From Oceanococcus sp. (GTDB lineage: Bacteria > Pseudomonadota > Gammaproteobacteria > Nevskiales > Oceanococcaceae): a stretch of 64,000 bases of DNA. Positions 42,634 to 52,401 of the stretch are shown piece by piece. The notes under the pieces are model-generated. The model saw only the letters and a list, made by a program, of their open reading frames with translations. It did not search any database and had not been told where the DNA came from. The DNA is taken from assembly GCA_051252075.1 (NCBI GenBank), contig JBPOFU010000002.1:497-64496 (forward strand), in the 5' to 3' direction. Position 1 is the stretch's first letter. Each line of letters begins with the position of its first letter. The translations under genes and the position numbers were made by a program.

Positions 42634-43404
42634 ATGTTGGACATCACGCCTATCCCCGCGTTTCAGGATAATTATATTTGGGCCATGCACAATGCCGCAG
42701 GCCACTGCGTAGTTGTCGACCCTGGCGATGCAAGTGTCGTGGAAGAGTTTTTACTTGCACACTCATTGCAACTGACCGCCATCCTCATCACCCATCACCA
42801 TTGGGATCATACCGGAGGCTTGGAACAGCTGTGTGCTGCTCGCAATGTACCGGTGTATGGCCCGAAGAACCCGTCAATTAATGGCTTAACCCAAACACTG
42901 GGAGAAGCGGACAGCGTGCTGTTAAGTGACTTCAATCTGCATTTTCAAATATTGGAAGTCCCTGGCCACACTTTGGATCACATTGCCTACTATTCTGAGG
43001 AAACGAATATCCTGTTTTGCGGCGACACCCTATTTCACGGAGGCTGCGGACGTTTGTTTGAAGGAACACCTCAACAAATGCTGGTTTCGCTAAACAAATT
43101 GGCGGCGTTGCCAGCGCAGACCCGAGTGTACTGCACCCACGAATACACCCTGGCCAATCTAACTTTCGCACATGCGGTAGAGCCGAATAATTCCGTGCTG
43201 GCCGAAACCTTGCGAGAAGTTGCTGCGCAGCGTGAGCAGCAGCAAATCACACTACCCAGCCGGATTGATGTGCAAAAACAAATCAATCCCTTTTTACGCA
43301 GCTCAGAAAGTGAAGTAATTCGCACAGCCGAGGCGCGTGGCGCCAATGGCCAAGACCCGAGCTCGGTCTTTCAAACCATTCGAAGCTGGAAAGACAACTT
43401 TTGA
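42634..43404 (+). CDS. gloB: Hydroxyacylglutathione hydrolase (glyoxalase II)
   Basis: PAFQDNYIW, THHHWDHTGG, PGHTLDHI, GDTLF.GGCGRLFEG, C.HEYT..N. Confidence 0.98.
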   Translation: MLDITPIPAFQDNYIWAMHNAAGHCVVVDPGDASVVEEFLLAHSLQLTAILITHHHWDHTGGLEQLCAARNVPVYGPKNPSINGLTQTLGEADSVLLSDFNLHFQILEVPGHTLDHIAYYSEETNILFCGDTLFHGGCGRLFEGTPQQMLVSLNKLAALPAQTRVYCTHEYTLANLTFAHAVEPNNSVLAETLREVAAQREQQQITLPSRIDVQKQINPFLRSSESEVIRTAEARGANGQDPSSVFQTIRSWKDNF

Positions 43405-44849
43405 AACGCATGCCGTGGCAAGCAAGGCACCCAACATCTGTCTTTGCTCTCTTGTTAACACTGGGTTTGGCCTTGATTGGCACACCTGCGGCCGCGGCGG
43501 AAGATTTTTGGCAATGGCTCACCCCGCAAATGACCTTGAGCCAAATCCAACACCCTGAGATTGATCGCTGGGAGGCGCGCTATCGCCGCCGCCACTTAGA
43601 ACTTGAAGTCATATTGGAAGACGGCAAGGATTTTTTGTACCCCCTTGCCCTCGCTGTTGCCGATCGCGACATGCCATTGGAATTGGCGCTACTACCCATT
43701 ATTGAAAGCCATCTTGATCCCGCCGCAGTCTCCGGCAGTGGCGCGCGTGGTTTGTGGCAGTTCTTACCGAAAACGGCCAAGCATCTGGGCCTAAAGCAAG
43801 ATTGGTGGCACAACGAAAGCGCTGATTTCCACCGTTCAACCCAAACCGCTTTGGATTATTTGGACTACCTTCATGACCGCTTTGGCGGCTGGCTGCTGAG
43901 TTTGGCGGCCTACAATGCTGGTGAAGGTCGCATCTGGTCGCTAATGAAAAGCAACCGCAAACGCGGTAAGACCATGGACTATTGGGATTTACCTCTGCCA
44001 CCGCAGACGCAGGTGTACGTCCCCAAACTGCTTGGCTTAGCACGGGTATTACGCGACCCGCAGCACGTACAACTGCCCAAGGTGGCGATGCGGCGCACCC
44101 TCACACGCCTGCAAACACCTATGGCTTTAGATGTTGCACAAATTGCAAAAATGGCGAATATCAGTATCGAGCAGGTATACCGCTTTAATCCGCAATGGCT
44201 GCGCTGGGGCATGCCCCCTACACCACCTCATGCACTCTACTTACCTGTCGAAAGCAGCAAGGTTTTCCGCAGCGCTCTAGTCAAACTGGATAAATCTGCC
44301 GGGCGGAGTTGGCATCAACACAAAGTGAAATCAGGGGAAAGCTTAAGCGCCATCGCCCAAGAGCACGCGACCACAGCGCAGCTCATCCGCCAGCTCAATG
44401 CGCTTTCTGGCGATGCCATTCATCCACAGCAACAGCTCTATCTTGCTCAAGGATCTGCAGAAATTGATGCCGCGACTCGGCAAGCAGTGAGAAGAAGAAC
44501 GCGCCTAGACTTTGCTCCTCGCCCCCTCTCTGCGGGCCTGCACAGGGTCGAGCCTGGCGAATCTCTGTGGAGCATCGCGCGCCGCTATGGCTCCAGCGTG
44601 AAGGCGCTTCAGCGCGCAAATCAGCTAAACCGCCGTTCCGCTCTGGTTCCTGGGCAATTGCTGCAAACCGCATCCATCGATCAACGACAACGCATCACTT
44701 ACACGGTTAAGGCTGGCGATGCCCTGTCTCTAATCGCACAAAAGTACAGCGTCACTGTTTCAGAAATTCAGAAGTGGAATCAATTGGATAGCGCGACTAT
44801 TAGGCCGGGTCAAAAATTGAAATTGCGATTGAGCGCACAGTCTGGATAA
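43401..44849 (+). CDS. mltD: Lytic murein transglycosylase D (SLT domain plus 3 LysM)
   Basis: LPIIES, GA.GLWQF, AAYNAGEGR, ETxxYVPK-like QTQVYVPKL, three LysM repeats (VKSGESLSAIA, VEPGESLWSIA, VKAGDALSLIA). Exact start uncertain. Confidence 0.93.
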   Translation: MKRMPWQARHPTSVFALLLTLGLALIGTPAAAAEDFWQWLTPQMTLSQIQHPEIDRWEARYRRRHLELEVILEDGKDFLYPLALAVADRDMPLELALLPIIESHLDPAAVSGSGARGLWQFLPKTAKHLGLKQDWWHNESADFHRSTQTALDYLDYLHDRFGGWLLSLAAYNAGEGRIWSLMKSNRKRGKTMDYWDLPLPPQTQVYVPKLLGLARVLRDPQHVQLPKVAMRRTLTRLQTPMALDVAQIAKMANISIEQVYRFNPQWLRWGMPPTPPHALYLPVESSKVFRSALVKLDKSAGRSWHQHKVKSGESLSAIAQEHATTAQLIRQLNALSGDAIHPQQQLYLAQGSAEIDAATRQAVRRRTRLDFAPRPLSAGLHRVEPGESLWSIARRYGSSVKALQRANQLNRRSALVPGQLLQTASIDQRQRITYTVKAGDALSLIAQKYSVTVSEIQKWNQLDSATIRPGQKLKLRLSAQSG

Positions 44850-45056
44850 GAATATTCGAGTCAGTAGCGCGGGAGATCGCACTAGGGCATATTTCTTGCA
44901 CAGCTCCGTCTACCAGATAGTCTTGAGCCGCTAATCGCCAATTCGTTAGAGTTGTTTGTCGCTGAACGTTAAACTTCAGCGTTCAGAAGTGGTCACAAGC
45001 CGCTACAGATAGTGTCAGCTCACCCAACCCGTTGAACAACGAGAAGCTTTCCCAAC

Positions 45057-45599
45057 ATGGCCCCAGCGCGTGCTGTCATCTTTATACTTTGTTTGCTGAA
45101 TGGATTCGGCGCCGCCTGGAGCAGCGACGAACATCTGCAACAATTACGTCAGTTGGATGAAAACATTCAACAAGTGAAGAAATCCGTTCTCGATTTGGAA
45201 CGCGATCTCAACACCTTTAAACAGGAAACTCTGTTTCCTGAATCGCAGCAATTCAGGCTTTTCCTGACTATGGAGGTGTTTGATTTTGACCTCTCTGCCG
45301 TTCAAGTCAGTGCCAACGGCCAACAATTGGCGAAACACGAATACACCGCACGCGAGATCTATGCGCTGCGTAAGGGTGGCGTCCAAGAGCTATTCCTAGG
45401 CAACATTTCCCCCGGCGTACACACCTTGCAGGCACGCTTTTTAGGCCGCTTTGCTGAATCTGGCGAAACGCCTTATGAAAAACCGATAGAAGTGTCATTT
45501 CGCAAGGGGGCTAAAGCGCAATGGCTGGAGCTACGTATAGACGGCAGCCCAGGGCAACAATTGAGTGTGCGCGTATTCGAGCGGGAAGCTAGCCAATGA
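45057..45599 (+). CDS. Secreted protein (coiled coil plus beta-sandwich), first gene of the TPR-ExbBD-TonB cluster
   Basis: Signal-peptide-like N-terminus, heptad segment, then YT.REIYALRKGGVQ.LFLGN...G.H.L.A.F.G; translationally coupled to the next gene. Confidence 0.85.
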   Translation: MAPARAVIFILCLLNGFGAAWSSDEHLQQLRQLDENIQQVKKSVLDLERDLNTFKQETLFPESQQFRLFLTMEVFDFDLSAVQVSANGQQLAKHEYTAREIYALRKGGVQELFLGNISPGVHTLQARFLGRFAESGETPYEKPIEVSFRKGAKAQWLELRIDGSPGQQLSVRVFEREASQ

Positions 45600-47368
45600 A
45601 GCTATTTCCTTGCATCGGTTTGGCCGCGGCCCTAAGCATGAGCTTCGCAACGCAAGCATACGAACCCGCGATCGGCAGCTTTGATTTCAACCGCGCGCTG
45701 TTCAAACATTACAGTCACGACCATCTCAGTGCCGCTGCAGATGCAGCGTCTTTGCCTGAACAAGACACCAGCACACGCGCCTTCGTAGGCGACAACTTGC
45801 TCAGCTACGGCATGTATATGGAGGCGCAACGTATCCTGCGCCCGCTGTTGGCAGAAGGCACCCTATCCGCTGCCAATCGCGCAGATATCTGGCTAAGTTT
45901 GGCCCGCTACGAATTCGAGCGCGGCTATTTGGATGCCGCAGAAATCACTCTGACGGAAATGCGCGTGGATGTCGGCGCGCGTCGCAACCGCACCGAACGC
46001 AATCAACTATTGGCTGAAATTCAGCTTATTAAGGGGCGCGCTTCAGAAGCTATTGCAACACTGACTGAAGGCCGTACCTACGCCAAATCAGAATTCGCGC
46101 GCTATAACTTGGCCATCGCTTTCTTTGCCGCCGGCAATGTTCGCCGCGGGCGCATAGAAATGGACAAACTGGGCCGCCAAGTGGTCAACGACCCCGTGGA
46201 ACATGCTTTGCGTGATCGTGCCAATTTGGCATTGGCCTACAACTACCTGGCTGAAGCCAAAGGCGCTTCCGCGAAACCGGTGCTACAACGCATACGCCTA
46301 GAAGGCCCCTACTCTGACGAAGCTTTGCTGGGCATGGGTTGGGCAGAAATCGCTGGCGACAAGGCCGATGACATCCGCCTGATAGATAGCGACACAGATG
46401 ACACCATTGGTGGCGTTGTCGGTGCCATTTTACGGCCGGGGCGAATCAATGATGATCTGCGGGCACGCCTGGGCATGCTTAATACCGGCTTAAGTACTGA
46501 CACGATGGACCAACGCTTCCGTAAAGCGCTGGTGCCGTGGCTGGAACTGGATGGCCGCGACCCTAAAAAGCCGGCTGTACTGGAAGTGCAACTGGCCATC
46601 CCTTATGCCCTTGATGCCATAGGTGAAAAAGATCGTGCAAGGCAATTCTACGAACGTGCCGTAAAACGCTTAGAAACGGGTCGCACAGGACTAGACAAGG
46701 CGATGGAAGGGATACTCAGCGGGCGCATGATCGAAACCATGATTCGTCGTGATCGTGACCGTCAAGCGGGCTGGAACTGGCGCCTTCGCGATCTTCCCGA
46801 TGCGCCTGAAACCTATTATCTAGCGGAAGTTCTGGCCGACAGCACATTTCAGGAAGCGCTCAAGAACTACCGTGATTTAAAACAATTGCAGCGTAAGCTT
46901 GCAAGCGACCGCCAACTGTTAGAACAAAGTGGCAGTGGCGCCAATATGGCCAGCGTGCCAGCAGAAGAATTGTTCCGCGCCAAACTGCAGGGGCGGGCGC
47001 CTCTGTGGCAAGGCGTACGCAGCAAATTGAAGCTAGAAACCAACCTCGGTCGCTACCCGCGCAATGAAACATTGGAAGGTTTGCTGGCTTGGACCTACCG
47101 CTACGCTCCGAAAGTTGCGTTGCGAGTCGATGGGTCTCATAGCGCATTTCTACGCGGCCCTGGTCAGGATGCCGTCGCGCTGATGCAGCGCAGCGATGCA
47201 CTATTGCAACAAATAAACCCACTGATTCAGGCACAACGTAAATTGCTAGAAGACATCGCTGTAGCTGGTTTACAAGGGCACAAAGCGATGCTCACGCGCT
47301 ACTTGATTGATGCACGTTTTGCCTTGGCCCGCCTGTACGACGAAGTTGAGGTCGGAGGCGACCGCTGA
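45596..47368 (+). CDS. Secreted TPR protein (GltC-like by position)
   Basis: Signal peptide ending ATQA, TPR-like helical repeats (WLSLARYEFERG, ARYNLAIA, ALLGMGWA). Confidence 0.8.
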   Translation: MKLFPCIGLAAALSMSFATQAYEPAIGSFDFNRALFKHYSHDHLSAAADAASLPEQDTSTRAFVGDNLLSYGMYMEAQRILRPLLAEGTLSAANRADIWLSLARYEFERGYLDAAEITLTEMRVDVGARRNRTERNQLLAEIQLIKGRASEAIATLTEGRTYAKSEFARYNLAIAFFAAGNVRRGRIEMDKLGRQVVNDPVEHALRDRANLALAYNYLAEAKGASAKPVLQRIRLEGPYSDEALLGMGWAEIAGDKADDIRLIDSDTDDTIGGVVGAILRPGRINDDLRARLGMLNTGLSTDTMDQRFRKALVPWLELDGRDPKKPAVLEVQLAIPYALDAIGEKDRARQFYERAVKRLETGRTGLDKAMEGILSGRMIETMIRRDRDRQAGWNWRLRDLPDAPETYYLAEVLADSTFQEALKNYRDLKQLQRKLASDRQLLEQSGSGANMASVPAEELFRAKLQGRAPLWQGVRSKLKLETNLGRYPRNETLEGLLAWTYRYAPKVALRVDGSHSAFLRGPGQDAVALMQRSDALLQQINPLIQAQRKLLEDIAVAGLQGHKAMLTRYLIDARFALARLYDEVEVGGDR

Positions 47369-50265
47369 TGAAATTGAAGCTCAGCATCGCTGCGACTACA
47401 GCCGCTTTTGTAGTGGCTTGTGCCACACCTTACGACCCGAAACAGCATCGCAATATAGAGACCCTGGAACAGGCGCCACCGGATCTGGATGCTTTGCTTC
47501 CACCGCGACGCACGCCAGCGCCAACGGCGGCGCCAGTAGCCAGCAGTCAAACGCAGGCGAAACCGACGCTAGATGATGACTTCGCTGACGTAGGCAAGGC
47601 GCGTAAAGCGGTTGAAAATTACCGCCAAATATTGGAGCTCTCTCCCAACGATCGCGTTGTGAAGTGGGAGGCCCAGCGCCGCCTAGCTGATCTACAAGTC
47701 GAAATCAGTGAACTCGACCCGGAATCGGAAGCCAAAGGCATAGCCAGCACCGAAAATTCCATAGACCTGTACAACAGCTTGCTGGACTCGCGCCCCGACG
47801 ATCCTAACAATGACCGTATTTTGTATCAGCTCGCACGGGCTTATCAGAATACTGGGCAAGTCGGTAAAGCAATCGAGTCACTTGCTGAACTCACACGCAC
47901 TTTCCCTCAGACCACCTTATGGACTGACGCTGAGTTTCGTCGCGCCGAATTGCTTTTTAACCAACGCGACTACGAGCCCGCTGAAATTGCCTACAAGGCG
48001 GTTTTAGACCGCGGCGCAGATGGCAATTACTTTGAACAAGCCCAGTACAAGTATGGCTGGGCTGTATTCAAGCAAGAGCGATACAAGGATTCGCTGGACA
48101 CTTTCATAAGCATTCTTGATCGCGAGCTCCCAGTTGGCGCAGTCGAGAACCTCGACGCCACTTTAGAAGTAGTCCCGCGCGCTCAACGAGAGTTGGTAAC
48201 CGACGTTCTTCGCGTCGTCTCATTAAGCTTTTCCTATCTTGGTGGTGGCACAGCCATAACGGAGTATTTGCAAGGTCGCCCCGTTCGCAGTTTTGAGCCC
48301 GTACTGTATGAAAACCTAGCCAAACTTTTCTTAGAGAAAGGCCGTTTCAATGATGCCGCTCGCAGTTACTCAGGCCTCGCAGAGCGCAGCCCCACACACA
48401 AACTGGCGCCGAAATTTCAGGCCCGTGTCATCGATGTATATGACAAAGCCGGGTTTGCAGATCAAGTACTACAGGCCAAGGTTGACTATGTTGAAAAATA
48501 CGACTTAGACCAAGTCTATTGGAGCGCGCATAGTCCAGAGGACTCACCTGAAGCCTATGAAATGCTGCGTGCCAACATGGACGAGTTAGCGCGGCATTGG
48601 CATACCGGCGCGCAGCAAGCAAAAACACCGGCCGACAAAGCGCGCCTGTTTGGGAAAGCCACGCAAACATATGCACGTTATCTCAATCGCTTTGAAGATG
48701 CCGACAACCGGCCAGAAATGAACTTCCTGCTCGCGGAAGCCTTCTTCCAGAGTGGTAACAACGAGAAAGCGGCGGAAGAATTCAGCCGTACGGCATGGAA
48801 TTACCCCGCACATAAACGCTCTTCGGAAGCCGGCTACGCGGCGGTCTTAGCGCGGCAAAATCTTATTGAAGGTACCCAAGGCGAAGCGCGCGGTCAGCGG
48901 GTTCGCGAATCCGTTGCGACGTCTTTAAAATTCGCAGACAGCTTTGCGGGCCACCCGGAGCAACCCAAAGTGCTGATGCGTGCGGCAGAAGATTTGTACG
49001 CCATCAAGCAAGCTGACCAAGCTATTACCTTGGCAACCCGTGTAACCACCTTGCAATCCACTGCCGCTCAAGCCTTGCAGGCACCAGCATGGACTTTGAT
49101 TGGGTTCGCCCACATGGATCAAAAGCGCTATCCCGAGGCTGAGAAAGGACTCAGTGAAGCGCTGAAGCGGGCACCTGCCCAGAGTGAGCAAGCAACAGAA
49201 TTACGTGACAACCTAGCCAGCGCAATTTATCGCCAAGGTGAGCAGGCCCGCGATGCACAACAATTGGATGTTGCGATTGGCCATTTCCTGCGCGTTAAAC
49301 AAGTTCAACCTGGTGGGAAGTTGGCTGCCGCGGGGGACTTCGATGCGGCCGCTGCATTAATAGAACAAGAAAACTGGTCTCAAGCCGCACAGGTCTTGCT
49401 GAGCTTCCGACAGTCCTATCCTCGCCACGAACTGCAAGCTGAAGTTACGCGCAAATTGGCGGGAATCTACCTGAAAGACGATAAACCGCTGCTCGCCGCT
49501 GCTGAGTTTGAACGTATTGCTCGCAGCCAACCGGAAACAGCGCCAGCGCGCCGAGAAGCGGCCTGGCAAGCAGCCAGTCTGTACGACAAGGCCAAGTCCT
49601 TGGCGCAAGCGGAAACGGCGTATGCGTTCTTCGCGACCACATACACACAGCCGTATGGACAGGTTCTCAAGGCCCATGAACGCTTGATTGAATTGAGCGA
49701 CGCGCGTGGTGACCGAGCGGCCAATCGTGGTTGGTTAAATGCGCTGATCGCACGCGAAAATGCAGCTGGAGCACAGTCCAGCCCGCGTGGCCAAACTTTG
49801 GCCGCTCAGGCCAGCCTGACTCTAGCCAATGATATACGCGGCGGATTTGATCGCCTACGCCTCAGTGCGCCGCTCAATCGCAGCCTTCCAACCAAGAAAG
49901 CGGCTATGGATAAAGCGCTGGCGGCCTACCAAGCAGTCACTCGCTATGCGATTGCCGAATTCACCACAGAAGCGACCTTCCAAATCGGCGAGCTTTACGC
50001 AAATTTCTCAAAAGCTTTGATGAAATCGGAACGACCACGCGGTTTATCGGAGTTGGAGCTGGAGGAGTATCAATTCCTACTGGAAGACCAAGCCTTCCCG
50101 CTAGAGGAAAAAGCCATTGAAGTTCATGCCAGCAACATTGCTCGCACTAAAGACAAGATTTACGACAAATGGGTGCGAGCCAGCTACACATCATTGGCCA
50201 GCTTGCTGCCCGCGCGTTATGGCAAAACCGAGCGTCTAGAGGTGATTCTTGAAACCCTGGATTAA
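47368..50265 (+). CDS. Large TPR lipoprotein (GltD/AgmU-like)
   Basis: Lipobox FVVA-C, numerous TPRs (LYQLARAY, AEFRRAELLF, AQYKYGWAVFKQ), C-terminal ELEEY..LLEDQA.PLEEKAI..H..N. Confidence 0.85.
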   Translation: MKLKLSIAATTAAFVVACATPYDPKQHRNIETLEQAPPDLDALLPPRRTPAPTAAPVASSQTQAKPTLDDDFADVGKARKAVENYRQILELSPNDRVVKWEAQRRLADLQVEISELDPESEAKGIASTENSIDLYNSLLDSRPDDPNNDRILYQLARAYQNTGQVGKAIESLAELTRTFPQTTLWTDAEFRRAELLFNQRDYEPAEIAYKAVLDRGADGNYFEQAQYKYGWAVFKQERYKDSLDTFISILDRELPVGAVENLDATLEVVPRAQRELVTDVLRVVSLSFSYLGGGTAITEYLQGRPVRSFEPVLYENLAKLFLEKGRFNDAARSYSGLAERSPTHKLAPKFQARVIDVYDKAGFADQVLQAKVDYVEKYDLDQVYWSAHSPEDSPEAYEMLRANMDELARHWHTGAQQAKTPADKARLFGKATQTYARYLNRFEDADNRPEMNFLLAEAFFQSGNNEKAAEEFSRTAWNYPAHKRSSEAGYAAVLARQNLIEGTQGEARGQRVRESVATSLKFADSFAGHPEQPKVLMRAAEDLYAIKQADQAITLATRVTTLQSTAAQALQAPAWTLIGFAHMDQKRYPEAEKGLSEALKRAPAQSEQATELRDNLASAIYRQGEQARDAQQLDVAIGHFLRVKQVQPGGKLAAAGDFDAAAALIEQENWSQAAQVLLSFRQSYPRHELQAEVTRKLAGIYLKDDKPLLAAAEFERIARSQPETAPARREAAWQAASLYDKAKSLAQAETAYAFFATTYTQPYGQVLKAHERLIELSDARGDRAANRGWLNALIARENAAGAQSSPRGQTLAAQASLTLANDIRGGFDRLRLSAPLNRSLPTKKAAMDKALAAYQAVTRYAIAEFTTEATFQIGELYANFSKALMKSERPRGLSELELEEYQFLLEDQAFPLEEKAIEVHASNIARTKDKIYDKWVRASYTSLASLLPARYGKTERLEVILETLD

Positions 50266-50839
50266 ACACAGTTGCAGCGTATTGCTCATCGCCAGCTTAT
50301 CGGCGTGCTCGCTTATGCCTAAAGGCGAACCTGCGGTCGAAGCAGGATTGAGCACCAAACCCAAAGTGCAATTGCCTGAGGACTACACAGCGGCACTGAA
50401 TCTTATGCAGGCGGAACGCTGGGGGCCAGCTGAATCCGCGTTGAAGGCCTATGCAGCACGTAAACCTTCGCAAAGCAGTCCGCATGTGAATCTCGCGTTG
50501 CTCTACCGCAAAACACAACGCGATGACTTGGCTATGGCCTCCATAGACAAGGCACTAGAGATCAATCCCAAACAAGCTGCCGCTTTCAACCTACGCGGCG
50601 TTTATGCTAGAGAAGCCGGTGACTTTGGCGCGGCCCAGCAAGCCTACTTGGCGGCCATCGCTGCCGACCCACAGTATCCGAATGCTTATCTGAACATGGC
50701 CATTTTGCAGGACCTCTACTTGCACAACCCCAGCTCAGCCCTGCGCATGTACGAAGGCTATGCCGCCCTCGTCGGTGACGACAATGTCGATCAAACTGTA
50801 AAAAGTTGGATTGCTGACGCAAAAAGACAAGCCCGGTAA
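50249..50839 (+). CDS. TPR lipoprotein (GltE/AglT-like)
   Basis: Lipobox LSA-C; TPRs HVNLALLYR, AFNLRGVYARE.G.F..A...Y, AYLNMAILQDLY. Confidence 0.85.
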   Translation: MKPWIKHSCSVLLIASLSACSLMPKGEPAVEAGLSTKPKVQLPEDYTAALNLMQAERWGPAESALKAYAARKPSQSSPHVNLALLYRKTQRDDLAMASIDKALEINPKQAAAFNLRGVYAREAGDFGAAQQAYLAAIAADPQYPNAYLNMAILQDLYLHNPSSALRMYEGYAALVGDDNVDQTVKSWIADAKRQAR

Positions 50840-50844
50840 TCGCT

Positions 50845-51162
50845 ATGACTACTCATTTTTATTGCGGCGCAACAAAACGCGTTCTACACTATGCGACAGT
50901 TGCACTGGCAGCACTTAGTTTTAGCAGCGCATTTGCTCAGTCGGCGAATGAACCTGTTGAGGTCGGTGGCACCACCATTATTGGTGACCGTGAGCTACCG
51001 ATAGGCCTATACATTTCACCGTGGCGCAGTGCGACCCCGGGCGAAGAAATGGATAAGCCTTCACGTTATTTGGATGTAGGCACACAGCCTTTAGATCCTG
51101 AAGTTTTTCGGCGTCAAGTGGAATACCTTGACGCATTGGATGCCGCGGCGCGGCGTAAATAG
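50845..51162 (+). CDS. Small secreted protein (GltF/CglF-like by position)
   Basis: Signal peptide ending SAFA; G.TIIGDRELP.GLYI.PW and P.D.EVFRRQ.EY motifs. Confidence 0.75.
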   Translation: MTTHFYCGATKRVLHYATVALAALSFSSAFAQSANEPVEVGGTTIIGDRELPIGLYISPWRSATPGEEMDKPSRYLDVGTQPLDPEVFRRQVEYLDALDAAARRK

Positions 51163-51181
51163 TCATTTTTAAGGAAAGATC

Positions 51182-51877
51182 ATGGAATTCATGACAGTCG
51201 TTGCGCGCTTCTTCCAAGACGGGGGCGCATTTATGTATCCCATCGTGGTGATGTTGGTTTTAGGCTTAGCTATTGCGATCGAAAGAACGCTGTATTTGCG
51301 CACCACCCGAGTGAGCAATCGAAAAATCTGGGAAGCCGTTGCCCCACTGGTTTCACAAGGTCGCTACGATGCCGCATTGGCGCAAACCGAAGAGTCAAAC
51401 GGTGCCTTGGCCCGGGTCCTTAGCTATGGCTTGGCGCGCATTAAAACAGCGAGTCGCCGGGAAGACCTGGAAATGGCGATGGAAGAAAGCATGATGGAAG
51501 TGCTGCCGCAGCTGGAACGCCGCACCCCTTTCCTGCAAGTGTTTGCCAATGTCGCAACCCTGCTGGGCCTGCTCGGCACCATCATCGGTTTGATTCATGG
51601 CTTTAGTGCGGTTGCCAACGCCAACCCGGCTGAAAAAGCCAATATGCTGTCCGCTTCTATTTCAGTTGCTATGAACACCACGGCATTCGGTTTGATGTGC
51701 GCCATTCCGCTGCTGCTTATTCATGCGTGGCTGCAGGCTAAAACCACTGAAATGGTCGACACTTTGGAAATGACCACGGTGAAGTTCCTCAATCAGTTCA
51801 CAGAAATCCGCAACGCCGCAGGCAACCCGACCAAACCGACTCCTCAAGCTGCTGCTCAACAGCCGCAACAAGTCTGA
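51182..51877 (+). CDS. MotA/TolQ/ExbB proton-channel protein (AglR-like)
   Basis: GG.FM.PI, A.AIER, ANVATLLGLLGTIIGLI..F, ISVAMNTTAFGL..AIP. Confidence 0.95.
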   Translation: MEFMTVVARFFQDGGAFMYPIVVMLVLGLAIAIERTLYLRTTRVSNRKIWEAVAPLVSQGRYDAALAQTEESNGALARVLSYGLARIKTASRREDLEMAMEESMMEVLPQLERRTPFLQVFANVATLLGLLGTIIGLIHGFSAVANANPAEKANMLSASISVAMNTTAFGLMCAIPLLLIHAWLQAKTTEMVDTLEMTTVKFLNQFTEIRNAAGNPTKPTPQAAAQQPQQV

Positions 51878-51885
51878 GTTAGGCC

Positions 51886-52401
51886 ATGAAAGCCCGCTGG
51901 CGCCGTCACCGCCTCCGCCATCAGGAACCGGCGGAGATGAACATTACCGCCTTCATGAATTTGATGGTGATTCTGGTTCCGTTTTTGCTGATCACGGCTG
52001 TTTTCTCACGCCTGGCTGTTTTGGAACTGGACCTTCCCAGCCCAAACAGCGAACCCAGTGAAGAAGACCCAAAACAGAAACTCACTATTGTTGTGCGTGA
52101 AGATGGCATCACGGTGAACGACCGTGGTGGGCTCATCAAAACCATTTCGAAGGTGGCTGGCAGTTACAACCTGCAAGCGCTTACGGATCTGATGGTCGTG
52201 GTGAAAAACAAAGTCCCGCAAGAGACCAGCGCAACTTTGCTGCTGGAGCCCGATATCGAATACGACACAGTCATCCAAGTCATGGATGCCGTACGCATTG
52301 CCAAGGCAGCGCACACCGGCGATACCAAGGATCGAGAATTGTTCCCTGCAATCGCTTTAGGTGACGCTCCGGCCGCCACGAATCAGGAGCCGAATTCGTG
52401 A
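51886..52401 (+). CDS. ExbD/TolR family protein 1 (TM Asn instead of Asp)
   Basis: TM MNITAFMNLMVILVPFLL; periplasmic LEPDIEYDTVIQVMDAVR. Confidence 0.9.
   Translation: MKARWRRHRLRHQEPAEMNITAFMNLMVILVPFLLITAVFSRLAVLELDLPSPNSEPSEEDPKQKLTIVVREDGITVNDRGGLIKTISKVAGSYNLQALTDLMVVVKNKVPQETSATLLLEPDIEYDTVIQVMDAVRIAKAAHTGDTKDRELFPAIALGDAPAATNQEPNS

Noticed and set aside
43401-44849. mltD as a dedicated peptidoglycan hydrolase of the adjacent motor
   Set aside because: gloB-mltD-yafS-rnhA-dnaQ is a widespread housekeeping block, and a 207-bp gap separates mltD from the operon.
44961-44986. Alternative hairpins GCTGAA/TTCAGC and CTGAACG/CGTTCAG upstream of the motor operon
   Set aside because: Stems of 6-7 bp are within chance expectation and match no known riboswitch.
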